DNA of 64,000 nt, taken from NCBI GenBank assembly GCA_013265495.1, contig MU063738.1, positions 868,001 to 932,000 of the forward strand, read 5' to 3'. Shown here one piece after another: positions 23,944 through 36,249 of this stretch (positions within the stretch are counted from its first letter, which is position 1; every line of letters starts with the position of its first letter). Origin of the DNA: Vicugna vicugna (taxonomy: Eukaryota). Under the pieces are notes generated by a model. That model was not told the origin of the DNA. It saw nothing but the letters and a program-made list of their open reading frames with translations, and did no database searches. A program made the position numbers and the translations under genes.

Positions 23944-25254
23944 CTGCAGGAGTGAGGTGGGCAGTCACATTCGAGCTGCGCTGCTCCAGCCCCCCACCCC
24001 TCCCAGGCACCCAGCCTGGCCGGAGCGCCCCCCACCCCCAGTTCAGAGCCCAGGGTCTGGCCTGTGACTGCAGAACTCAGCCTCCGTCTCTGAGCACAGA
24101 GGTTTGGTGACGAACAGCAGAGGGGAGTCGAGAGGGCCTGCGTCTCAGCAGAACTGCTTCCAAACAAGGTGTTATTTTTCCCTCTCAAGCTCTCCCTGGA
24201 GATGTTCGCGGCACTTAAAAACCACCAACTCTCTCTCCCAGTTTACGCCACAGACACCTTCCCCTCCTCCCTCTGTCCCTTACCCTATCTCTCTTATGGC
24301 AATTACACAATGGCGCTGAATAAGAATCAGAGCAGGTGCTCAGAAGCCCGCCTGACAGTCCCCCTGCTTGTAGAGGGGCTCACGGGAAAGGCCGTGGTTT
24401 CTAGAAGCGTGGATTTGTGGAGAGACGCTCCAGAGAGCTGAGCATCAGAGCAGAGTCTAAGTCTGGGATTTGGGGTGGGGGCTGGCGCCATGAGGCAGAG
24501 CTGCCAGAAAACCCACTCTCCTATTGCAGCCACGGGTCAGGGCCTCACGAAGCCCCCACCCAACTCGTTTTGTGCTCTGTGGCCTATGAGGGGGTGCAGG
24601 GAACTGGAGGGGGCTACAGAGCGGGGGCCAGCCAGCGAGAGGTGAATGGATGGGGTGCTTGTCCCAGACTGCAGGTCGGGGGCACTGGCTAACGGGCTCT
24701 GCAGACATAAAGCCTTTTTTCCTAGTTCCCACTGAAAACAGGGCCTTGGGAAAGGCGTCCCCTGTCAGTCAGGAAGATCGGGGCTGGATGCATGGAAATG
24801 GCTGGCGAGGGACCGGGAAGCACTGTGACACGCGATCCACGCGGAGTGCGACCTCACGGCCCAGAAGACCTTGCTCTGCACCCCTGCCCCGGGGAAGAGA
24901 GGCTGGGAGCAGCCAGCAGATCTGCCATGGTCTCCTCGACGCTGAGTGGGGCCAGCGGCAGCCCTGAGCCCGGAGAGGCTCCAGCAGCACTTCCTGAGGG
25001 GCAGGGCCTCCTGGTTCTGGTGCTCAAGCTGAGGTGTCTGTCACCCATCCAGAGGAAGGCAATGGGGCACGATGACCCCCGGGGGCTCTACCAGCTCCAA
25101 GGTCAGCCACAGAGAGAGACAGCCCCTCCTCCCGTCCACCCCAAGCCGGAGGCTCCAAAAGTGGCTGGAGTCCTAACGGGGCCTCTACCAGTCACGAAAG
25201 CACGGTCAGCAGGACGCCTGCGCCCTTGGCTCTGTCTACCGGGGGGAAGGCACT

Positions 25255-25350
25255 CGACACATGATGAACTTGAGGTTCGGAGAGAGCGAGAGCTGTCTGA
25301 GGTCACAGAGCTACAGCTGGCTGGAAGCCAGGTCCCCAGTTCCAGGCCAA
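25255..25350 (-). mobile_element. MIR fragment
   Basis: gatgaacttgaggttcggagag...gaggtcacagagcta. Confidence 0.55.
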
Positions 25351-26894
25351 GGGCATCTGGTTGGACTGTGGTCCCGCCGCTCTTTCCTGACCCGGCACCC
25401 TCCTGCCCCTGCCCTAATTCAGGCCCTTTTATTTCTCACCAGGACAGATGCCTGGTTCTCCTGCCCCACGCCGGCTGGTCTACTCACACCATTTCCCGAC
25501 TGAGGCCAGAGGACCTGGCCAAACCGTGGGTCTCACCACGGCTTTCCCTCATCATGAAACCCTGCTTCCTGGGGGCCTCCGAGTCCTCCCTCGGCTTGAC
25601 CCCTCCCATCTCCCAGCCTCGCCTCCCAGCCCTCCCTGCCTTCCTTCACCCTCAAGTCTTACTGAGTAGCTGCCACCCACACACCATGTGGCTTCAAGCC
25701 TTCCTCTGGCTAACTTCTCTTCACCCCTCCTGTTCAGCTCGGACGTCGTCCCCTCCAGGAGGCACCTGACCCCCCACCGCACTGTCTGCACAGCTGGTCC
25801 TCAGTCTCCGTGTCTCCCGGGCTCAGCTCCAGAGCTGCCTTCTTGAAGAAAGCGGTCTTACTCGGCCTTGGGCTCCTGGCACCCAGTCTGGCGCCCAGCA
25901 GCAGTGGACACACAATAGGTGTTGGAGGAGCCAGTGACACCCAGCCCCAGCGCCCACAACAGGCTGAGCTCTACTCCTCATCAAGGAGGGTGGGGGGCTC
26001 TGGGGGGCCAGGAAGCAGAGTCAGGCAGGGACGCGCTCACACCACCTCCCCATGCTGAGCTGAGCAGGGCCGGGGGATGGAGGGAGGAAATGAGACACAG
26101 CTGGCGAGGAAGCAGGCGGGAAATGGTCCACACTGAACAGGAAGCAGGTGGAATGTCAGGCACAGCTTCCTGGGGAGCAGGGGAGGGGGGATCTGGCCCC
26201 TTTGCTGGACCCGAGGCTGTCCCGACCTCCCAGCCAGCCCCCAGCCCAGCGGGTCAGGGGCTCCTCACCTGCGGGAAGGGGTCTTTGCAAATCCTCCCCT
26301 GGGGTTGTAACCAGAGGCCCCCACGGCACGTTTGGCTGAGTAAGAGGCTGTGGTCTGCAATGGTGAGACCTGACCAGGAGGCCCCAGGTCAAACAGCCCC
26401 AGAAACATAGCTGCCTTCATACCCTCGGTGGGGGCAGCGGGAAGTCTGGGGGAGGGCAGGGGAGGCAGGGGAGAGGCAGGTTTGTGTGAAGCCGCGGGAA
26501 TGCTGGGACGGGGCGGGGAGGCTGGGCAGCAGGCAGGCTGCACAGCCTGGACCACTCCCTCTCCTCACCCCTCCACCCACCCCTTCCTCATCCTTCCTCT
26601 CAGTGCAGCTTCCCCCTCTGTGATCATTTTCCATAACCCCACCCCAGACCAACGTGCCCACTGCTTCTCCCTGGTGATGCCCCATCTCGCCGAGCGGGGG
26701 CCGTATCTGCTCACCACTGCGCCTCCACACCTAGACCAGCCCTGTGTAGGTAGCAGACCCCCAGCTAACGTGGCCCAGGAGGTGGTTATGCAGAGCAGCC
26801 TAGGGCCGATGGGAAAGGCCCCCACAGCCCGCCTGCGGGAGAGGTGGGGCTGGCAGCTGGGCCAGGTTTACCCTTGGAGGAGAGGTAACAAGGC

Positions 26895-27010
26895 TGACAC
26901 TTATGGCCCACTCACCACGTGCTCCCAGCATAGCACCTGCATCAGCTCAGCTCAGCTTCACAGAACCCGGGAACCACTGACTCTACAGCGGAGGAAACTG
27001 AGGCCCAGGC
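26895..27010 (-). mobile_element. MIR fragment
   Basis: tacagcggaggaaactgaggcccagg core. Confidence 0.55.
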
Positions 27011-27561
27011 TTCTGACCCCAAGCTCCAAGGTCCCACCCACTCACAGGGATGGGTGCACAGTGGCTCCTGCCTGTCCCCACAGGCCCCAGCCTGCCTTCA
27101 GACTGATTGGAAGCCTGGCATGGCCGGGGGAATGAAGGTGAGACGCAGACTCGGGGGTGAAGCTGGTTTCCAGGAGCACTTGAAGAGAGCGGTGTGTGGG
27201 CCAGAGAACGGGGAGGGGAGGCTGGGTGGGCCTCTGGGCTCTGCTACTGAGGAGGCTTCCACTGGAGGGTCGGCGCAGGCACAGAGCGCATGGTGCTCAG
27301 TTCTGGGCATGAGTCCGAGGAGGGCTCCCACGGCTCACGCATCCTCATGCCCCGCACAGCGCCTGGACCCGGGAGAGCCGGACACAACCAAGCCCACACG
27401 AGCGAGCCTGACGGCAGAGGCAGACATCTGAGCTGGGCCGGGCTGTCCACACGCGGGACGGAGTCCCCACTAACCGCGGTGTCTCAAGACTGGCCCAGAC
27501 TCAAAGATGCGGAGCTGTGCTTAGACCCATCAGTCCTCGTTGGGTCCGGCGGGTCACTCAC

Positions 27562-27640
27562 CTCCTGGCTATATGGTCAGACTAGAGGCGTGGAGCGATC
27601 CTCAAAAGCTTTCATGTCCCTCCCCTTGGGGGCCTCCTGA
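27562..27640 (-). other. Candidate 5'UTR exon carrying uORF MKAFEDRSTPLV*
   Basis: Perfect donor GAG|GTGAGT; pyrimidine tract followed by a gag/cag tandem acceptor. Confidence 0.25.
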
Positions 27641-30600
27641 CTGCTCAGGACAGGACATGTGAGAGCAGAGCAAAGACCCTGCCCTTGACGTATTAGAACT
27701 GAACACCAGGCTGCGTCTCTTCCCCCAGCCCTGCCCAACCCATAGAGAAGGAGCAGAGAGTCTCTGCTCAGTGTTCCCCTTCACTGGTCCGACCCCCTAC
27801 ACGGGTCTCTCAACCCCTGGAGCAGAGAGGGGCAGTGGGCAGCAGAGGGCCCCTGGGAGAGCCACACTTCTCCAGGCCTCCTACAGACCAGGCCCCCGCT
27901 GGTTTCAGCAGGCTCCGTGCTGGACAGCTCCCAGGTCCCCAGCGCCAGGGCTGAGGCTGGAGCTCCGGACTCCGCTCTCCGCACTCCGCACGTCAGTGTC
28001 AGCGAAGCCAGGGCTGGCTCCACCCCAGCCCCCGCAGCGCACCCCCTCGCCTCGCCTCGCCTCACCTGCCACGCATGTGTCACAGAGAGAATCCATTTCC
28101 GATCCTCCCCCCGGGATGAGGCCCCCCTCCCTGCCCACTGTTCCCCTCCCTCCCTCTGCCATAACCCAGTCTCAGCTCCGGGCCCAGCCATCCTCCTGGT
28201 GAAATTGGGCCCCTCGTGGGCTCTGCCGGAGCCTGGGCTAACCCGGCTCTGGCCACTGGTCCTGAGCCGTCCTCAAACCTCGTCTGACCACAGATCTTTC
28301 CACAGCCAGATCTGAAAGCTCTTCCTGCAGCCTCGCCAGACCCCATGCAGCCCGGGCACCATCCACGTCTTCCAATCCTGGTAGCCGCCTCCTCCGTCCC
28401 TCTCTCCTGGGTCGTCCCGGGAGCCCCAACCTTCCAACCTGGGGGCTCTGAGGCTCACAGTGGGGCAGAGAGGGGCCCCCGCCTGCATGATGCACCCCCA
28501 TTCATGGGACTGAGGGGTGCCGGCCCAGAACGGCCTTCTGAGCCACATGTGGGGCCGGGACATGCACTCCCGCCTCCACAGACAGATCAGACTCCCGGCT
28601 GCCAGCTTCGGGCTTCTCAGGGTGCTTGGGCCCTCGGCCTCTTCTCCCACCTGGTCTGGGGGTGGTCCCACTACACTGACCCCTGGGGCCAAAAATGAAG
28701 TCTTAACACCTTCAGGTAATTCATCTCCATCCTGTGAGCCTCCGCTGGCCCCAGGCTCCGACACTCCTGCAGCTGCAGCTGGAGCAGAAGCAGGAGGGGC
28801 AGTGCTGGAGGGGGAGGCTCAGAGTTGAGAAGGAGCCTGCACTGAGGCTCTGGGAGCCCTGCCTGATGGTGGGAGGAGACGCAACAGCCAGACGCAGGCT
28901 AAGGTCTGCCCACCCCCACCACAGTCTCAGCAGAGACCCCGCACAGAACTCATTAGTGACGTCAACAGAAGCTTGAACGCCAAGAACAAGAGGACTCAAG
29001 AGAGAACGGGGCCAGCAGGCGAAGGTCAGCGACATTCGGACACACTCCTGGTCCTGGGCTTGGCCCTGCAATCCTCACTGTTCAGCGCGAGCCGCTGCCC
29101 CAGGGCCTGACTCAGCGGGGAGAGCTGACTGGGGCCAAAGACAACAGCGGCAGACGCAGTGGGGAGAAGAGCAGATGTCTTGATTGGCGGGCCTGCATCA
29201 GTCCCCAGGGGAGGGGAGGTCACCTCTGGCCTGGAGGGGACTGAGGCCTGGGAACCAAAGTCGCCCTGAACTGCTGACAGGCCTTGTGGGGCTGATGGAT
29301 GAGCCGGGCCTGGGCTGGAGACGGACGGGCTGGGAAAGGCGTCAGGCACCAAAGGCCAGGGGACGGCGGCTGTGACTGGACACCCTTTCCCCGGCCCCCG
29401 CCAAGCACTTGGCTGCAGCCCCCGCTCGGCCCCAGAGACCCAGATTTCCACCTTCCGAGGGACCCACCGCTCAGGGCTTGGCAAAGCCTTTGCTGAGGGG
29501 CCTGTGCACAGAGGCCCCCTGGCGATGAGAGGGTAAAGACGTGGCTGGAAGGGGATGTGGCTCCAAGCTGGGAGTGGCAGCCTCTGAGAGTGACAGGGGG
29601 CTACCAACAGAACCCGGTCACCACTGGAATGGCCCCTGGTCTGCAGGTGCAGCTCTGATGGGAGGTAGGGGGCCGCCTGCCCCTCCCACAACAAGCCTCC
29701 ACTTTGCCACCTGGGCCACAAGACCTGGCTCAAGCTACCCTCACATCGTCGTGGGCACAACCGCTGGCCTCCTCCTGCCACTCATCATGACTCGGCCTTT
29801 AGAGTGCAATCCGAACGCTGCCTCCTCCAGGAAGGCTGCCTGTTATTCAACTCCTGAGCCCGACTCACTGACCGACCCTCACTGCCGCTAAAGGAACAAG
29901 CGAGCCAGGTGTGGCCTGCAGAGCACCAGCCTGATGTCAGGGGGCCCCGCTGTGTGCTCCAGGGAAGTCCCTTCCCACTCTGATCTGCTTCATCTGCAGC
30001 AAAGGCCAGGCGTTCTCCAGACTCCACTCTAGGCCTGGTGGTGATGGAATTCTGCTGGTGTCTCGAGCCTCCATCCCTATTGCCACCTCTGCAGAGGGAC
30101 TGTAGGCTTTCAGGGCAAGGTCTGCGTGTCTTTCCCTCAAACTCTGGTCCAGGATTGTGGTTCACACACCCAGAGATGCGCTGATGGCAGATGGAGGTGC
30201 ACACGGGGCAGAGTGGGGCTGAAGGCAGCGTCTGGAACAGTAACGGCCCAAACTAGAAAGTTGGCTGCCCACGGGGTAGGGCAGCCTCCCACGTCTCAGG
30301 GCCTCCCCAGCCCCCAGGGAGATGGGAGGGTGGGGACTGAGGGGGGCGCTGAGTCAGGCTGCCTTTCCAGGCTCAGCCTGCATCTAAGGCATTGCCACAC
30401 CCTGCCTCAGACTGCCCTGGGCTGAGTCGGGAAGGTGGACATCTGGGTCTCTGGCCTGAGTAGGGGCTGCAGCCAGGAGCAAAGGATGGCAGCCCTGTCC
30501 TGTCCAGGTGCTGTCACCCCCAGTTTCCCCACCTCATGACCCAGCTCTCACTCTCCCAGATCTCCCAGGGGGCTGGGGATGGGCGCTGAGAGGGAGGAGC

Positions 30601-31874
30601 CAGAGGAGATGGTACACTGGGGCGGGGCCAGGGTGGGGCCGTGGATCTCCTGCCTGGAGACCAGCACTGCGGGGCGGGGCGGGCACCCGGCTGCAGAGAT
30701 TTGCATATATCTGCGTACATTTGCACGTGCTTATCTTCCTGGTGCCAACCTGCTCCCCACACTCCCCTCTTTAGCACTGGGGCCCCCCAGCCGTGACGGA
30801 GCCCTGGGCTGGGACCCGACTCAGAGGCTGTGCAAACAGCCCTTTCCCTCCCCACCGCCTGACAAAGAGGCCCCTGCCCTGGCCTCTAGGCACACTTCTC
30901 CTCATGGGACCAACCTGTCCCTTGCTCTAAGGGGTGACCACGACCGCAGCCTCGGTCCTGCCCCTTCTCTCCCAGGCGACCCCCTGGTCCACTGAGAGGA
31001 GAAACCCAGAGTGTAGAGCCAGAGAGAAGCCTTGGGGATCCTGGAATCCAACACCTTCGTCTTACAAGGAGGCAAAGGACAGGGCTGTGTCCTCAGAGAG
31101 CAAAGTACATTCTCCTGAGAAGAGAGGTGATGAAGGAGGAGGCAGGTTGGATTGCGACAAGGAGGCGGGAAAAGGGAGCAGCAGCAGAAGGCCCAGGGAG
31201 TGCAGGGTGTGTTTTGGGGGTGACCCGCTACCATAAAGACAGCCACTGTGGGGTCACGGGCGAGCCAGGTACAGAGTCAGAGGTGCAGTCGGGCCCGAAG
31301 CCCAGCCCAGCCCAGTGCCGTGGACCTGGTTCCAGCCTCCACCTGGGGGAACAAGAGGCCCGGCTGCCTCCGCTGATGAGCGTGGCCCCAGCGCACCGGC
31401 TTGCACTGGCCGCTCTGCCCACCCCACCAAACACGGGCACCCTCTTTGTGCAGGCATTGCCCACTAGGTCCAGAAAGGCCGGGCAGGGGTTGCCGGGGCC
31501 AGGAAGCAAGGGATCAACAGACACCTTCTGAGGAGTGGAAACGTTCTGCAGCTCGCTTGTCATGGGAGCTGAACGATGGTGCACGTTTGTAAGAGCTGGC
31601 AGATTTCACACCGTGTCTACTGCATCTCAAAAAGCCCGCATGCACCAGAGTGGGGCACTGCCGGGGAGACTGCAGGCTGGAACCGAGGGCTGGGCACGCC
31701 TCCCACGCTTCCCTCGCTAGTGGCGCGGCCCCGCCTGAAATCTCGCCTTCTGATCTGTGAGGTGGAGACACACGCCTTCTCTGCAGGGTGGTCTTAAGGG
31801 AAGAAGCTATAAACTTACACTGGAGGACGATCCCATAACACTTGCTCAGACAATAACGAGGAAGGTCTCATTCC

Positions 31875-32030
31875 TTGTTTGAAGTGCTTTAGTGTATCAA
31901 CTTATCTAACAGCACAGCAGCCGCACAGGCACTAAATGCTATTGCCCCCACTCGATGGACGAGGAAGCTCGGCCTGGAGGTATCCCCTTCCTCATCTGTG
32001 ACGTGGGGATTTCCAGCCTTTCCCCGCTCA
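31875..32030. mobile_element. Two oppositely oriented MIR fragments
   Basis: gatggacgaggaagc followed by cttcctcatctgtg. Confidence 0.45.
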
Positions 32031-32094
32031 GGTCTCTGGGGTCTGCGCGTAGGGCAGGACTGCTCAGTCTAATGGTCCCTCCAGGATCAGCTCA

Positions 32095-32560
32095 TGAGAA
32101 ACTGCGGAGCTGTTTTCCAGAGCACCTGCACCGGTTTACCTTCCCAGCAGCAGCGCAGGCGGGTTCCGGCTTCCCCACGTCCTGTCTCTGGTCGCAGCCA
32201 TCCTGGTAGGGGCGCGGTGGCACTCGCTGTGGCCCTGATTTGCAGCTCCCCGGTGACTACTGACGTCGGGACCTTTCCCCTGCTTGTCGGCCATGTGTAC
32301 ATCTTCTTTGGAGAGATGTTTATTCAAATCTTTTGCCCACTTAAAAACTACTTGTTGTTTTCACTGTTCAAAGAGTTCTTCATGGATTCTGTACACTGGA
32401 GCCTCACCAGATATGTGATGTGCAAAGCTTTCTCCCATTCTGTCGGCTGTCTTTTCACTCTCTTGATAATGGCCTTTGAGACACCAAAGTCCAAATTTTG
32501 ACCAAGTCCAATTTGTCTATTTCTCCCTTCGGTGCCTGTGCATGAAAACCTTTTCAGAGC
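32095..32560 (-). mobile_element. L1 ORF2 3' fragment
   Basis: Minus-strand MNKHLSKEDVHMADKQ...HRAPTRMA resembles L1 ORF2 MNRHFSKEDI...YHLTPVRMA. Confidence 0.9.
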
Positions 32561-33899
32561 CTCTCCTATGCTGACGCAGATGGAGACTCCAAAAGGCAGG
32601 TGGACTTTAACCGTAGCCGACCACAGGGACCCACCACCCCTTCCCCGTCACCCCGCCCCCCTCACAGGACTGGAAGCCACAGGACACACCCTGGGATGTG
32701 CTGCTCGCAGACTTCCAGTGCTCCATAAACAAGCCCTCAGCAAAGGACGAGGCACCACAAACTCAGGATCCTGAAGCCTGGGGGGCAGCCCCGGGCCCGG
32801 CTGCCAGGGACAAGGCACCAAGGAGCTGAGAGCCTGGAGAGGAGAGCGGCCGGCCGTGCACTGCTGTCCCAGTGGGGGACCGGGTCAGGGAGCATCGTCT
32901 TATCAGCTGTGCTTGGTGGGGAAGGGCTGGGGGCTGGCAAGAGGGCCTCGGCCAGCTGCTTCCAGAGTAAGGACTCAGGCCTGCCTCTCACTCTTCTGCG
33001 CGCCTGGGTTTGCAGGCGCAGGGCTCTTCCCCCACTCCCTCGCTCGTGGGGCTCCAGGTCTGGGCTCCCTGCCAGCTGGCCGAGAGCTTCCTGGACCCCT
33101 CTGTCCATGTCTGCTCCAGACTCTCCCCAGACCCCTCTCTCTGGATGACTTAGGAGCAGATCGGCCATCTGTGTCGAGGGTCTGGGAGCCAGGCCTCGGC
33201 AGAGCGCCCGGGCTGTCCCAGCCTATCAGCAACCGACAGGTAAGCCCGGGCCAGCGGGACTCAAGGGAGATTCCAGACGTGGGCCCAGGAGGGTCTCGAC
33301 GCTGCAGCGGCCCTGCCGCCCACAAGCTCGTCCCAGCCTGGAGCGGCCCCTGATTCAGCCCTGTGCTCCGTCGCCAGGCTCAGTGACCTGGCGGCAGCAA
33401 GAAGCTGACATCCAAAGATCATACAAAGTGTTTATTTTTTTAAACTCTCCAGATCTGCACACACGTTGCAGGCAATCTCTCGGTCCCACGGGGAGACCAG
33501 AGGGAAGATGGTTTCATCCCTTCTCCCCTGAACACACTATGACTCCCGAGAAGGTAAAGGGTCAGAATTCGGACCCTTTGTCATAGGTTAGGTCTCCTCT
33601 GTGTTCAGCTCCATCTTGTAGGAGCCTCTCAGGCGGGAGCCCTCCGAAAACACGGTGTCACAGGAAGAGCGACGGCTTCGAGGCCTGATCAACGCGCATG
33701 AGAATCGAGCCCCCGGGAACCGGGAACCCTAACTCGGGCGAGTCCTTCAGCCTCTCCTAGCGTAGTTCCTCTCATTTAATGGGGGTAGCAGCACACGGGA
33801 AAGTGCTGGTGCCTATTCGGGGTCAGTAAGCGCTACATCTCTTCCTCCTCAAATTGTATCATTTAGAAGAACCATCGCGGGAAACGGGATTTCTCAGTT

Positions 33900-33990
33900 G
33901 GAAGTGATCTTGGAGGTCATCCAGTTGGATTCCCTCATTTTCCACAGGAAGAAACTGGAGAGATTAAGCGCCTTGTGAAGGACACACTGC
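33900..33990 (-). mobile_element. MIR fragment
   Basis: cattttccacaggaagaaactggagagattaagcgccttg. Confidence 0.5.
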
Positions 33991-35479
33991 ACGGTGGTGC
34001 TGCCGGTCCTGCCCTGGCCACAAATCCCCCGGCACGAGCCCCTCTGGCTGTCAGTCCCAGGCTCTGGGCCGTGGGATGGACTGTTGGTACCTGATGGGAC
34101 AGGACCTGGGGTCTGCACAGTTCCTCAAGGGAGCTGACAGCTGGAACAGCTTCCTGGGCAGAAGTGAGGGGAGGAAAGGATTTCCAAGGCTCAGAACAGG
34201 TCACCGATGTGCCCAAGGTCACCCAGCAAGTCTGTGACAGAGCCCTGCCGGGCCCCAGGTGCCTCCTGAGCCGGCTTTCTGGGCCCAGAGGCTCCCAACA
34301 CCAGCGGGAAGGGTTAATGCCGGCCTCCGACAGCCTCTGCAAGTGCTGCCCTGGAGAGAAACCCCTCAGCAGCGCCTGCAAACCCCAGGCGCAGAAGACC
34401 GCGCACTCTCTGTCCTAACTGCAGCTGAGGACCAGGTTCGGACAGCTAACGCAGCTGGGGCCCGCTGCTGAGGAGCCCTGGCGGGGGCCGCCCCGCTGTC
34501 TCCTCTTCTGCAGGCGGGGATGGGGCCATTGTCCCAACGTGGGCAAGCGGGGCGCGGTGGGGCCAGGCGGCGGCATGCAGAGGAGCCAGCGGGCAGAGAG
34601 GAGGCTGAGGACCCCTAGATAGGCTGAGCCCAGGTCTCGGGGAGCGTTGGGGGGGCGCTGAGAGACATGGTCTCCAAAGGCCGGGGAGACAGGGAGCAGC
34701 GGGGTTCGGGAGTGGCCGTGAGTTCCAACTGCACAAGGGGAGCGGCTGGCTCCGGGCGGGTCCAGCTTGTGGAAGGTGCCGTGGGCCCAGCAGCACTGCG
34801 GTCAGCAAACTGGGCTGGGCCTGGCCCTCAGCACCTTCCCTCGAGGTCAGGGATGCTCTCCCAGCCTCCCTCCGGATGACGCTTCTCGGGTCAGCCAACC
34901 CCTAGGAGGCACTGGTCGCCACAGAGGGCTCCCCCTTGAGGCCCCCTTGGCCTCAGTACCCGGCCTGGGCCTTGCTCTGTGGCCCCTGCTCAACCCTGCA
35001 GGTGCCCATCCCAGGTGCTTGAGTTCTGGCTTCTGAGGCCTGGCAACAGGGGCCCTGGCACCAGGGACCTCTCCCTCCCTCTCTGCCTCAGGAGACGGCT
35101 TGGGCAGCCTCGAGGCTCCCAGGTGGCTGCAGCCCTGCTGGCCCGGCCCTCTGTGGTTCCCGGGGCGTCCGGCTCCTTGTGCTGGGAGTGAGGCAGCTTC
35201 CTCCTCTGCCTGGCTCTTCATCCTCACGGAGCTGGTTCCCGGGGGACACTCTCTCTCGTGAACACAGAACGTGGTTCTGGCAGGTCTGACGAAGTCAAAC
35301 TCCCCGTGGGCCTGACCTTCCTTGTTCACACTCCTCATCCAATGATGCCCGCCTCCAAAGCGTGTGGCAATGTTCTTGATCTTCTTTGTTCATTCTTAAG
35401 CCCTCCAAGACTTTACGTGATGACGGCCCACTCTGTCCTGCTCTCTGCAGAGACACAGCTCCATCTGCCCCTTGCTGGG

Positions 35480-36215
35480 CTGTTCAGACTCTCCGAACCC
35501 AGCAGTCCAAGCTGAACTCATCTTCTCTCTCCTTCTCAAATCTTTCCTCAGCTGGGACTGCTGAGCCCAGGAGCCAGGCTCCGCCCCCTTCCACCTCCTT
35601 CCACCCTGCAAATCTTGTCTCCCAGATGTCCCCCAAGTCCACCCCTGCGGTCCTCCACCACCACTGTCCACGTCCCCCCTCCACGTGAACCATAACAGAG
35701 CCCTGCGTGCTGGCCTTGGCACTTCCTGTGTTGGCCCTCCCAGGACGACTGGCCAGGAATGCAAATCTGAACATATAATTTCATGCTGAAAATCTGCAAG
35801 GGTTAGCAGGGCACACGAGGCCCTCTGTGATCCGGTCCCCTCCCCACCCCCTGCCAACGGCGGCTTCATCCCAGCCTCCCCGCCAGCCATGCCCAGCAAA
35901 CAGCCTGCAGTGCTCTCAGCCCTGGTGCTGTGTGGTGCCTCTAAGCCTCTGTACCTGCTGTTTTCCCTGCTGGAATGCCCTTTCCTGTTGCGTTCACCCA
36001 GAAATCTGCTTACTGTCACAGTTTACCTCAAGTACAACTTCCCTAAGAAGCCACCCCTGCTCCCACCCCATCCCAGGTAGGGGTGGTGACCCCCACCCCC
36101 TTCCAGGCCCCACCGCACTTCGCTGGTCTCCTCCTGAGATACTTGGAACGCACTATTTGATCTATGCATTTGCACGTCTGTCACCTCTGCTAGACTTTGA
36201 GGTCTTTGAAAGCAA
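35480..36215 (+). mobile_element. L2 LINE 3' fragment
   Basis: Pyrimidine-rich; tgctggaatgccctttcc...ctagactttgaggtctttgaaagc resembles the L2 tail. Confidence 0.6.
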
Positions 36216-36249
36216 AAAAAAAAAAATTGCCTCTAAAGGCTGGCAGAGA

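Noticed and set aside
24792-25769. 325-aa plus-strand ORF
   Set aside because: Runs through a MIR fragment, low complexity, no domain.
28238-28501. Coiled-coil-looking peptide LARLQEELSDLAVERSVVRRGLR on the minus strand
   Set aside because: No good donor, and it lies upstream of an exon whose matching frame begins with a stop; no homology recognised.
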